Below, piece by piece: positions 16,185-28,929 of a stretch of 64,000 nt of DNA; position 1 is the stretch's first letter, and every line of letters starts with the position of its first letter. Origin of the DNA: Octopus sinensis (lineage: Eukaryota); the NCBI RefSeq assembly GCF_006345805.1, contig NC_043008.1, positions 30,566,001-30,630,000 on the forward strand, given 5' to 3'. Below the pieces are notes generated by a model, which saw nothing but the letters and a program-made list of their open reading frames with translations, was not told the DNA's origin and made no database searches. The position numbers and the translations under genes were made by a program.

Positions 16185-17282
16185 ATGATATGTGTGGGTG
16201 TCACACCTTTGAATGCATTTGTATGCTATAGAGCATACACATACAGAAACTTACTCATATACATATGAATACATATGTATTCGACAACACACCCTTCTAA
16301 TTCCTCAAAAATTGCTACAGACACCAAGCGCTAAAACTTGTCTATCACTCAATTACCATTTCTCATACTAACTTTTCAGCTACATTTAAATACACTCTTT
16401 TTATTAGCTTCATCCTCTACAAAACACTTTTCAATTGTTAGCTTCCAATTATACTGTTGCTATCAATGGAAACGCGAACAATATTTGTTATTGGCAAGAA
16501 GCACAACGTCTCAAAAGAAATCTATTACCCAGGTTTCTGACATATTCCTCTTAGTGTTACTCTCGTCTCAATGACTCCTAGTACACATTCTGTAAAGACA
16601 TCTCCATCAGATTCTCGTTCAGATGTCGTCTCTGACTCATGAAAATTTGCATGGAAGCAAGTTTGTTATATTCGACAAGTGCCAAAATAGACACCAGGCT
16701 ACATTATCTCATTATATTTTCTTATCTGCTGATTCAGAAGTTAAGTATATGTACTTCTAATCAAAATTATCCCTCCTTAGCACTAGGTAAACAATCATGC
16801 CCCAGTGCCCACCTACAGAGCTCATGCCTTATTAAAACTGATTCCATACATGAAATCTCGGAATCATGAGCGATTTAGGAGGTTCGAAACGGGTAAAACT
16901 AGTAAAAATAGATTCGTCTTCCTTAAGACTTTTAATGGATCGTTTACCTCTTCCTTCCAAGCTACTGAAAGACAGTTTCATAAAAATACACTTTCAAATG
17001 CATTCAAGACTGGGAATGGCGTAACTCATTTACATAATGTTATTGGTTGACGGCTCGGCATTAATAATTGGAGTATCACTAATGCAGCGTGGGTTATGAA
17101 TAAATTGTTAGACCGAGTGGAAGACATATGTTAATAGAAGAACAATAAGAAGATGGAAGAGAAGAAAGGGTGGAGGGGGAATAGAAGAAGAAGAAAAAGA
17201 AAAATGATGATGATAATAAAGAAAATAATGTACATTTACAAACGCTTGTAATATCTATACATAAATACATATAAAAATGCAT

Positions 17283-17336
<54 letters not shown>

Positions 17337-18664
17337 GTGTGTGTTTGTGTGTGTGTATGTATATATATATATATATATATATTTGTATGTATGTATGTAT
17401 AGACACACATACCAATGTGCAAATATATGTGTGCGCGTGCGCGAGTTTGTGTGTGTATAGGGAAGAAATACATAACAATGCAAACAATCCGAAGGAAAAA
17501 GAGAACTGATTACAATAAAGTAGAATAAAATAAAAGTATTTGAATTTGAATCTTCAGAAATGGCTATTCTGTGTTAAACGTTTTATCGATTTTCAAGCAA
17601 TAAAGTTTCGAGTCAACCGCTCTTATATTCATATTCGAAATGAAAAAAATAATTTTCAATATTTATGAATATTTGATGCACACTAACAATAGAAACCTAT
17701 TGATTTGGTTGGAGTACATACCAGTAATATACAATGCTGTCTGACGTTGAACGGCTAATTATTTTGAAATATTTCAGCAAAGCATTACAATTTATGATGA
17801 TACAAATAATTAATGAGAGGTGCTCATTAGCAAAAGTAAATTTGTTATGATTGTGAATTATGCATCAGTGTGGTACGAAACTAGAGTTCGATTGTTATGC
17901 ACTTTTGAATATTAAAACAAATATTATGATCTACAGCAACAAAAAGCATAAAACATGAATAGGTGTTTAATGGATAATTCTTATGGAATACCCTATCAAT
18001 TTACTGTAAAATAGAAAGATCAAAGTAATTGACACCATCATGGGAGGTGGAGTATATGCTTATATTTCCCAATAATTTTTATAGTTCCACATGTAGTTGT
18101 ATCGTAAAGACCAGACATAGTTCGGTAAGCTTGTGGCAAAATCTCTTTCAACTTTTATAAATGCGTGTAAATATTGGTGGAGTCTAACCACACAGAGATT
18201 CGCAATGTGCCTGATACAATCCTCCAAACTATATTTGTTATTTAGTGAATTCTACATACATTATCACACCTGCTGGTTTGAAATAGTAAATTATTAAATA
18301 TACAGTTTACGGGTTAAAACAATTGCAACAATAGAAATAATTAATTATACATCTGGCTATTAAAGATCTTTACAATTTGATATTTGCTACACCTGAAGGA
18401 AAATAGTGTACAACTAAATGCCTTACTTGTTTTCAGCCATTAGACAGCGTATATACTAGGGCACCCACTTGAAATTTTTCGTTTCTTTCTTTAGTCTTAT
18501 ATTTTTTTTATTTTTTAGTCTTCAACACAAAAGGAAATAGAGAAAGGGGGACATTCATGGCAGAGTATAAATATAGATGCGAAAAAATAAGCAATATGGA
18601 ATTCAATTATAAGTGGCCTATATTCCGCGTTGGAGGTTTAAACGCAGAAAAAAATATAAGAATA

Positions 18665-19015
18665 TATATATATATATTATCAGTTTTAGTCTGATACCTA
18701 TTCTACCGCTCTCTTTTTCCTAACCGCTAAGTGACCAGGATGTAAAGAAACCAACACACGTTATCAAACGGTGATCGGGACAAACACAAAAACACACACG
18801 CACATACGCAAACAAACATGCATGTATATATATATCTGTGTGTGTGTGTGCGTATGTATATATACGAGGAGCTTCTTTCAGTTTCCACTCACAAAGATTT
18901 GGTTGGTTTGAGGTTATAGGAGAAGACGCTTACCCAAAGTATTATGCAGTGAAACTGAAACCGGAACAATGTGGTCGGGAAGCAAACTTCTTACCACGCA
19001 GCAACGCCCGCGCAA
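18665..19015 (-). mobile_element. tRNA-derived SINE, family A (octopus OK/OR-type), degenerate
   Basis: gcttctttcagtttccactcacaaag...gaaaccggaacaatgtggtcgggaagcaaacttcttaccacgcagcaacgcccgcgc is antisense of the family-A head seen at 54078 and 57806. Confidence 0.75.
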
Positions 19016-20833
19016 AATATTTATGATTTATTCGAGAATGTTTATTTAATGACTAAAAACTTTTAGCGATATATGTAATCACATTAAAACTGAATGGAGC
19101 ATTAAACCAAACAATGAAATGTTTGCTATTTAACTATCTGTCTCAGAATTAATAGAATTATATAACACTAAATTTCATCTCCCTGTTATTATAAGGTGAA
19201 TCTTTGTTGCAGTAGGATACATCATAGGAAATATTGTGATCATATACAAAAATTTATCACAAAATTATCTTTAATGGTAGGCGGGTTTTAAGTAGCTCTA
19301 AGACTGTTTTTCAAACTTTCTAACAGTTTGACATTCATATCATGTGTAATAACGATTCCGTCATCTCAGTATCCACATCTGTAAATTATTAAGATTATTA
19401 AATACAAACGATAAAGACCAATGAACTCACAAATTTCTGCAATGTCTAGACAACCCATTATTACATCAAAAGAATTTGCATCATCCTTCTTTACCTACTG
19501 ATCGTTATCGAAAGCAATCAATGATCTTGTTGCATGCATGATTATTTTGCTCTCAGAATCACTGATTGAAATACAAATCTTGGCGTAAACTAATGACTTT
19601 GGGGCAAAGATTTAGTTACTGAAGGATGTAATTCACCATCAAAATACGTAAATTATCACGATGTATCTTACTGATAATACTGAATCAATTAATAACTGGA
19701 ATACTGTTATTTCATTATGGTGAAACGGTTGTTTGCATAATTGCGTAAAAAGTAGTATCTAAAATAATTTTAGTCACTATACCTTGATTTTATAAGTTGA
19801 TTTTATGTTGTATTTACGTACAGAATGGATTATTGTATTTCCTTTTCTAAAATGTAATATAAGCTCCCCATAAAACAAAATATGAAACCCAGTCAGCCAT
19901 TCCTAACGCTTAACTATTTTATTAGCTTCTAACTTTATCGAGTACCATCATTTCATAAGTGCCACACGTACTTAACTAATTTCATAAAAACATTTTCGTT
20001 GCCCCATCTATATATATATATATATATAAAGTGTCAAGTATTTATCTATATATAAATATATATACACATAGCTACATACTAACATACAAAGATATGCATA
20101 ATAGTAGACAAAAGAGTTTGTGCATATGTATATATACACACAATTAACATTCAATGAGGTGTTTCATTGAAAAACAGTTTATAGCTAGCAACGTTTGTTT
20201 TTTAACGTATGTTGCAAATTATATGCAGTTTCAAATTATATAACATCATAATCTGATATTGTTTCAAGTACGGATATTGATTTAAATGGAGCCTGGCCGG
20301 CTTCAGCAGGAATCATCATATGTTTTGTTCACTGGTTTCTATACAGGCGTATGAAAATTCCAAACTACCCCTTAATTGCAGCCGGTGTCCATACCTAAGA
20401 CGGCAAAATGAAGTCGAAAGAATAGTATATGACATGCTCGATGACGTCATTCGGTGTGAGATCTTACTTTAAGACGCTGGTATATACACGAACGCACGCA
20501 CACTCGCACACACGCGAACACGGTCACACACACACACACCAGTTGAAATCCATAAGATTACAGTTGTTTCGCAGCCAACATCACAGAAAATAATTCCTTT
20601 TAGTGTGTAATAATTTATTTTACATGACAGCATTAGTGTATATGTCATAAAGTACATAGTATTATTGTACATTTTACATTTTACAAGTTATTCTACATTT
20701 TACAAGTTAACACATGTGTAGAAGGGCAGCTCTTCAAATTCATAAAATATAATAGAATATCTATAGAATCTTATACCGCTTGACTGTCTTGATATTCTAT
20801 GTATTGCTGATTGGATATATACTTATATATATA

Positions 20834-21102
20834 GGTGGCTTAGTGGTTAGGACATTCGGCTCACTATTGTTAGGTCGTGAGTTCGATTCCCGGCGACGCC
20901 TTGTGTCCTTGAGCGAGATACTTTATTTCAACTTGCTCCAGTTCACTCAGCTGGCAAAAAGGAATTGTACCTGTATTTCAAAAGGGCCGGCTTTGTCACA
21001 CTCTGCGGAGTGCTCAGCCACTTGCACGTTAATTTCACGAGCAAGCTGTTCCGTTGATCGTATCAGCTGGGACACTAGCTGACGTAACTGACGGAGTGCT
21101 CC
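20834..21102 (+). mobile_element. tRNA-derived SINE, family C
   Basis: A box ggtggcttagtgg, B box gagttcgattccc, then ttgtgtccttgagcgagatacttt...gctccagttcactcagctgg; flanked by (TA)n on both sides. Confidence 0.75.
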
Positions 21103-21161
<59 letters not shown>

Positions 21162-22953
21162 CATATATTTGTACGTATATTTATATATGTATGAGAGAGA
21201 GGCTAACGGAGAAAGCTATTTATGATTTACCTAGGTAAGACACAAGAAATTCGACTGATACGAATTCAATATATAATTATCCAGCAATGTCGTTTCTTCA
21301 AACCTTACAACAGTTCTTGCTTAAATTGGAAATTAAAGCATTTTCTCTATGGAACTTTTCAAAGATAAATTTAACACGATATGCCTTTTGGAATAATTTT
21401 GGCTTTTGTCATTTTAGAATCGGTCTATTAATAGTATGCTTTTCGTTATTACTCGAAACTACTGAATAGCATCAATTCTACTGAGATATTTTTAGTTTAC
21501 TGTAAAAGGTGATATTTAATTCTGCTATACATTTGCATCCTAGAATATATCAATAAAAGCCAAGTTTCTCTAAATATTTAAACACACCTTCCTATATTTT
21601 AAAATTCATTGTATAGGTGTCTTAGAAACGCAAGAAGCTAGCTATTAATATGTCTAAAATTAAGTTCAGGCTAAAATAAATTATTAGAGGCAGTTATCAG
21701 TGCATGAAGTAACGAAAATAGAAAAAAAGATAAGAAATTAGTGATAGTAAATCCAGCATTAAAAAAAAAAGTAATGACAGTTATGTTGGTGATAGGTATT
21801 AACTAAATGTATAAAATATCAGCGACATGAAGTACATTTTTGAGCTGAATTCTTACAAGTGTTCAAATTTTAGGCAGATTTATTATCAAGCTAACCAACA
21901 ATAGAACGTAATGAACTAAGGACTTCGCTACAATGTGGTAGGATGAAATGCTTGAAATAGCAGTGAGATTAACTTTCTGATAGTCAAGAATTTGAATTGG
22001 AAAATATCTTGGAGAATTTCTCGAGCTAGATATATTGGAAGGCTTTCCTGCAATCAAATGCATAACTCCATAGCTTTTGTTAAAATTCCTTTGGACAAAT
22101 GAATGATTGCGTATGACATCAAATAAGGAATATAGCCATGTTGGATAAAAGACTGTAAAATGTTTGGGATGTCAAAATGATTTTCATAAGAGTTATGAGG
22201 CTAAACAACAACGAACAACGAGTGATTAAAGATTGACTCCTCTCCAATTGGATTTAGATTCAAAAAATTACAACGCATATCTAAATTCCACTGAAACTTT
22301 GTTCGGTGTTCTTTCATATCGGGTTTTCTATTTTATTTTGAGTTAGAACAATAGGACTGAACTGACAAAATGAGACATTCATTGAAAATTTACATTCTTT
22401 CTTGTATATAATCAAAATAATTTCATAGCGTTTTATGAGGAGAATAATCATTCGTACACACTTCGGGTACACGACATGAATTTATATCACTTTAAATTAT
22501 ATACCATATTCGTTCACAAAATTCCAGCATATACAAAATTGTACACAATCTAAAGTAAACATACGCACGCACACGCGCACACATAAACACACAACACATA
22601 CACACGCAAATACATGCATAGATGTATATTATATTTACCAGAAAATTTTCCACAGGTTGTGAGGGAGCCTTCCATATAGTGTTTCTTTTTAGATATAACT
22701 ATACATAGTACTACACACACACGCACATACACTAACACACGTATTATATACTACCATAGGCGCTAACTCTTTGAGCAATCTGCAATATACGCATGCCGGT
22801 TACAGATATCGATATCGTTCGTAAAAGTATCACATATCTTTGCTAGTTTTACTAGATAATTTGGACGAACCTAAATCGAACATTTTAGCTTCAGTACCAG
22901 CAATTTAAATAAATACATCTACAAGCAAAAAGTGGGTGCCATACAACGCTGTT

Positions 22954-23016
<63 letters not shown>

Positions 23017-23395
23017 GTGTATGTGTGTGTGTGTGTGTGTGTGTTTGTGTGTTGAGCGTCACTGCATAGTGCCAAAGATCGCCAAATCACCATCAGCAAG
23101 TAGAAAGAGACACTGGAGCAACTTCAAAGCCCTCATTCACCAAATGCCATATATAAATGGTGGTTTCAAATAAGGAATGTGAAGTAAAACTAACAGTGGT
23201 ATTCCAGCCGTTCTAGGGTGTACATATATATATACTCTTTTACTCTAATTTTTTACAAGTTTTAACTGTCGAACTGAAACTAGTAAAAGAGTGAAGATTG
23301 AGAGAATATATATAGCATATACATAGATACAAACATACATACAAGCATACATACATACATACATACATACATACATACATACATACATACATACA

Positions 23396-23475
23396 ATGAA
23401 GGAGCCATGGATCTATGTTAAGAACCGGCTGTAACTCTATTGACAAGAAATCTCGAAATAAAATTGAATGACATA
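23396..23475 (+). mobile_element. ~80-bp 5'-truncated 3' end of the CATA-associated RLE LINE
   Basis: aatgaaggagccatggatctatgttaagaaccggct...gaaataaaattgaatgac matches 24079-24160; (CATA)n on both sides. Confidence 0.75.
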
Positions 23476-23504
23476 CATACATACTTGCATAAATACATAC
23501 ATAC

Positions 23505-24170
23505 ATGACATTATATAATGAAATCCTTCTGAAGAATAACCCAAGGGTAAAGAAATACGAACCAGGTTACAAGCCATAGCCACTCATAATAAAAATGAGT
23601 ACTGTTGGAATGTCCCAGTGAAGACCTCAATAAAATGTAAGCACAACAGACCTAATATAATGATTTGAGATGGAGTATAGAAGCTGTGTACAGTTGTGGA
23701 TATGAGCTGCCCAGCGGATGTTAACATAATGCTGAAGATCAATGAAAAGGAGGATACCTACGCTGAACTATTACAAGTTCAGGTTCATATCTGTAATGAT
23801 TGAAGTACTGGGATATGTAACACACTGCCTAAATATCAATCTTGAAAAATTAGGCTTCTCAAAACCTGAAGGGAGAAAGCTGATTCGAAGAATACAGATC
23901 CAAACCATTAGTGGAACTATAAAAATTTATAAAACTTTCCAGAAATTTATCATTTCAGTATATATTAGTATGTCTAGATATGCAAGTATATGCATGAGAA
24001 GACAAACATAATACAAAACATAGAAATGTGCACGTATACATACATACATACAAAAATACCCTATTCATATTAAATTCCAATGAAGGAGCCTTGGATCTAG
24101 GTTAGAAACCGGCTCTTTCTTTATTGGCCAGAAATCTTGAAATAATACTGAATAATGACATACGTACAAA
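23505..24170 (+). mobile_element. 3' remnant of an RLE-type (R4-like) non-LTR retrotransposon, family CATA
   Basis: KCKHNRPNIMI*DGV*KLCTVVDMSCPADVNIMLKINEKEDTYAELL (PD..D..P..K-type RLE motif), then YKFRFISVMIEVLGYVTHCLNINLEKLGFSKPEGRKLIRRIQIQTISGTIKIYKTFQKF; the 3' UTR ends in catac repeats. Confidence 0.85.
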
Positions 24171-24327
24171 CATACATATATAGAGGGAGATAATAAATCG
24201 TATGTTAGGCACCTGGTAGCTTGCCGGTAAAGCACGTTTTCTTTCAGTTTTCGTTGGGTATTTGATTAATGAGAGAGACGGATGATAGAAGATAAGAGGA
24301 TGTTTATTGGTGACTACAATATTTATT

Positions 24328-24366
24328 GATCACTACAATTGTTTCGACCCATCTAGCATCGATCCC
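24328..24366 (-). ncRNA. Degenerate PLE-type hammerhead remnant (3' half only)
   Basis: Minus strand ggtc-GAAAC-aatt-GTA-gtgatc with palindromic ACAATTGT stem III; the CUGAUGA half is corrupted (gatcgatgc). Confidence 0.35.
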
Positions 24367-26804
24367 TATACGTGTGTGTACATGTGTGCGCGCGTTGTAA
24401 ATTTGAATAAGTGATGCAATAAAACAAGGGCCGAGTGTTTAATACACGGAGCTAGCCATGTTATCATAAGTGCCACAGAGGAAACAAGCAGCCTTTAAGT
24501 TACTTATGTAGTCTTATAGCTAATAAATATTGAAATAAACTTGTGTATATGATTAGGTCCGCATGAGTGTTCTGTGCTTATGTCACTTGCTATATGTATA
24601 CCTCTATGTATCTGATGCTTGTGTGTATGTATTTGTGTGAGTGTATGCATGTGGTTGTATTAGATATCATTTCATTCATATACCCTTGAGATTTATTTGG
24701 TTATAAACATACACATATGCACACTCAAGCCCATACACAGAGGGATAATATAATGAAAACAAAAGACATACATAACTTACTGACAAAGAACTATGTGCAT
24801 AGTGATTAAAATATACATGAATGTATATATATATCGAATTTAATCATATTCTATGATCGTGTAAGTATATGTATGTAAAAATGTACGCATGCGCACGCGC
24901 ACATATAGATATATCTACACACATATACATATATCTACATACATATATGTATACATATATCCATGTGCATATATATGCAGGCACACACACAAACACACAT
25001 ACACACACACACGCACACAAGCACACATGTATGCAAACACATAAACAAACACCACTCACACACGCTTGTGCGTGCGTATGTGTGTGTTTTGTGTATTTAT
25101 GTATATATGTGTGTGTATTTATGTATATTTGTGTATATATATATGTATACGTATTTATGTATATATGTATATAATCTAAATTGCATACTTGTGTACTTAA
25201 GCTACGCCAACACTCTTGAAATTCAGTCAAATTTTCCCTGCCTGCATAGAACTTTGCCAATGTCTTTCCCATTTTCAGCAATACAATGTACTTCAAAATT
25301 AAAACTCGGTGTTAACTTTGCTCTTAAATCCCCAAGGTTATGAAAATGCTCGTAAATAAAAATCTGTTTCGTAATCTATAAACCAACTGACGCATCAGTA
25401 AACCATATAATGTCTGTGTGTATAGATGTGTTGGTGAGCTGGCACCATTTATCATTATTTCAGAGTGTTCCATATTAAAGGAGGTATTGCTGTGTCAAGT
25501 CATACTCTTCTACAGCAAGTTGTAGATTAATACATTAGATAGACTTACTAAAGAGAGAAAAGTTTAATTGAAATCGACATAAGTTTAAACAACTATTCTA
25601 CGCCGTATCATTGTGGTTTCGATTGTGCAAAATAATATGCTGTTTGTGCAGGAATTACTGCTGGTGTTGCAGCAGTGGTGTTGGTGATGAAAGTACTTGC
25701 AGTCGTGGTGTAGTTAGGTAACTGTTTCCAGTAGTTATTGTTTTTATGTGTTTATATCGTAAAAATTGTCAGTGGGAGATCAAACTCATGTTGCTCATGG
25801 TGATTTTGTTATTTCGTGATAGCATTATTCAGAATATACCGAAGCGATTGTTCGTTGCTACTGTAGATAATGATGACGTGAAATGGGAAATGCTATCTAA
25901 TGACTCACTTATTATTTTCAGAGCAAGAATTTGGGTTCTACGAAACTCCTTCCCAAAAGTCCCATTATATGTCCAACTTACTCTGTAGTACTTTAAACAA
26001 GAAAAAGAACATGCTATATGGTAATGTTTTTGAATGGCATAACAGTCCATTTTGATTGTCTGGTCTAATGTCTCTTTAAAGCGAAACAGCAGCGACAGTG
26101 TATCCTATATGACAGAAAAGGTAACCTTGCTGACTCTGTCAACTTCTTTGTCATATTGAGTTTATTTCTCTCATTAGAAACCTCTACAGCACTTTCTGTA
26201 TAGATACATGCTATGGAAATTGGCTTCGCTGCATCACACAACATTTCTTTCGCCCGTAAGAATTTTAACCGAAGTAACGTTGTCTTCGATATAAGAAAAG
26301 CTTTCAGCATCAATATTCGCGATAATCTGCAAAGAAATTCCTTTGTCAAATGGCACATCCAAGTATATTCTGTCGAGTTGAATGCTACTGCACGACTACT
26401 GAATTGCTGCATATGTCATTCCAGTTGTTTAGTTCCACCGATATATCTTTAACAATAGTGTATCAATGGATTTGTCATTTTTGCAGCCATTTTTATCTAC
26501 AAAACCGATATACATGCTGCTACCTCTATTAAAGCGCTTTCATAAATATCATGCTAATTTCACTTCTCAATATACACTACATAGAAAACCCACGTAACGC
26601 ATACAATAACTCCAGGAACGATGTTCTAGAAAAATTCCCGAAACATAGCCTATTTTCCTGACAAGAACTAAATTATAATTTCATATATCTGAAAAACAAG
26701 CTACAATACAACCGCATTACTCCTCAGAACTGAAACCTTTCAACAGGCGAATAATTTTTTATAGTTACGTATTTACAAGATAACCAACACAATATTTGAT
26801 ATTT

Positions 26805-27074
26805 GGAGGCGCAATAGCCCAGTGGTTAGAGCAGCGGACTCGCGGTCGGAGGATCGTAGTTTCGATTGTCCGACCGGGCGTTGTGTGTGTTTATTGAGCG
26901 AAAACACCTAAAAGCTCCACGAGGCTCCGGCAGGGGGGGGGTGGCGACCCCTGTTTCTCTTCCTGTTTCTTGAGTAACGCTGCGATGGCCTGGCGTCCGT
27001 CCAGCTGGGGGGAACACATATGCCAGAGAAACCGGGAAACCGGGCCTGGCTAGGCTTGAAATGGGCGATAAATA
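26805..27074 (+). mobile_element. Apparently full-length tRNA-derived SINE, family D (V-domain-like), with 14-bp TSD
   Basis: A box tagcccagtgg, B-box-like gtttcgattg, gctgcgatggcctggcgtccgtccag core; flanks aatatttgatattt (26791-26804) and aatatttaatattt (27075-27088). Confidence 0.8.
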
Positions 27075-27989
27075 AATATTTAATATTTAGTCTTTCACTT
27101 CCATTTACCGTTTACATAGCACAGGTACACTCCAGATTTGAGCATTTGTAATACATCCAGGATAGTGCTACTGCTAAATAGACAAATGTTTTCGAACACT
27201 TCCAGAAACATCCCTTTAATTAATCTGGAAACATTCATTCTGCAATATACTACAACCACAACGAGGAAACAATAGACTGTATGCCGTTTCTCTAAATTAT
27301 TAAACTGTTTGCCGCCGCACTCACATAATTACATAGAATGTATTTGTCACATGTGTTTTCTATGTCTTTTCTCCGAAACCTACGTTAAGTACTTCGTCTG
27401 GTCGTATATCTCTGGAACAACAATACTTTGAAACTGCCTTCCGGCCTTCATTTGTACAGTAAGTAACGGCCTACAAAATCTCTAATTAAATATCGTCTTC
27501 CGCAATATGAGAAGGCGGTTATGGATTATTAACTCTTTATCTTCGTCAGAGTGATGCAAAAATATTTAAATATGCCGTCTTAATCAGCATAAACTAAGTA
27601 ATTCGGCAGTGTTCAATGATATGCATGTTTAATTATTTCTATGGACTTGATATGCAAATTACTTTAGATTTATTGCGGACAAACAATGCGCTAACCACTG
27701 TTTTACGTCATTAAAAATCCAATTATTTTATTCTTTGAATGCGGACAGATTGCGTCAAAAGTTTATCAAAAACACTGTAGAATATTTGTGACGATATAGA
27801 AGAGTAGATGTATTCAGTGTTCATTTTTATCAGTTCCATCATTGTGCTTCCTCATTGTCTGTGTTGCATAAAGACAGCGAACGATGAAACAAAAATTACA
27901 ACTTTTTAAAACGTCACCTCAATCATCAATTTAGAGACTACTGTTGGTTATCTTAGCGATAAATCATTAACTGAAGTTGCTATCAAAAG

Positions 27990-28419
27990 AAACAGCAGGA
28001 AAGTTTTGCGTTCTATTCTCTTCTGATGTGCTGAAGGACACGCATCAGATGACGATAATTTGATGAGCTGAGATAGATAATGCTAAATATTGTACTTAGA
28101 AATACAAATGAACGTTCAGAAAACCTAGAAATACTCCGTTTCACAGAGAAAGAGCAAAAGAAACTGATGCCGATTCTCCAAATCCAATCTATTAGTGGCA
28201 CAGTGATAATTTTTAAGACATTCTAAATATTCACCACCTGAGATTCCTATGTGAATAGATGCACACACTTGAGTCTATCCATCGACAGTTCAACCAACAC
28301 ATCAATTCAGCTACATATTTAGACATCGGGAACTTTCTTAACTTTTAATGTATTACTGCTTTGTTAGCGGCCGGCTTGAACTCTCTCAAGAAGAACTATA
28401 AAAACGTGAAGATAAAACA
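27990..28419 (+). mobile_element. Older, more diverged copy of the CATA-associated RLE LINE 3' end
   Basis: NLEILRFTEKEQKKLMPILQIQSISGTVIIFKTF* aligns to NLEKLGFSKPEGRKLIRRIQIQTISGTIKIYKTF of the 23505 copy; ends in catacatacata. Confidence 0.7.
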
Positions 28420-28510
28420 TACATACATAGGCGCAGGTGTAGCTGCGCGGGAAGAAGGTTGCTTTCTAGGTTCTAGGTTCAATCCCTTTGCGTGACACCT
28501 TGGGCATGTT
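28420..28510 (+). mobile_element. Family-A SINE 5' fragment
   Basis: ggcgcaggtgtagctgcgcgggaagaag...ggttcaatccctttgcgtgacaccttgggca. Confidence 0.7.
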
Positions 28511-28859
28511 AGGCCCATCTTAACCAGAAATATAAACTAGTACAGATAAGAAATCGGGTCAGGCCAACTGATGAAGAAATATTGTTGCATAAAAAAACAG
28601 TGAGTTTTCTATATAATGTATACTGAATAGCGAAATTAGTATGATATTTGTGAAAGTATTTTAATAGAGATAGTAGAATGTGGGTCGGTTTTGTAGAAAA
28701 AAGGGCTGCAAAAATAACTAAAGTAAGTAAAACTTACATATAATTCCATTTTAATAAAACATACTCACCCATACATGCATACACACTTGAACATTCACAT
28801 ACACACCTACACGCATACACACATACACACATACACACACAAACACACATACACATGCA

Positions 28860-28929
<70 letters not shown>

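Larger units (their letters stand above)
13317..19494 (-). other. Candidate chain of four phase-compatible exons (19494-19431, 15210-15118, 14843-14806, 13359-13317), unrecognised product
   Basis: Donors gtgagt, gtatgt, gtaagt, gtaagt; the joined frame is open: VKKDDANSFDVIMGCLDIAEIYWFCYIPDYSASRGNSFKCVPDVITPLVLRRTVYILYQVTNCSSVLSYIMYRLLSALK; two acceptors are weak. Confidence 0.22.

Noticed and set aside
20834-20885. tRNA gene
   Set aside because: A/B boxes only; no acceptor-stem closure; continues into a SINE body. The same applies to 26805
25746-26532. Cluster of overlapping 60-115 aa ORFs in an SSR-free island
   Set aside because: ORFs on both strands, broken by stops, with no motif I recognise; cannot be called a gene or TE without a database search
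28013-28201. ISRFSERSFVFLSTIFSIIY resembling a Cys-loop receptor M4 helix (chemotactile-receptor idea)
   Set aside because: It is the antisense of the RLE LINE C-terminus on the plus strand
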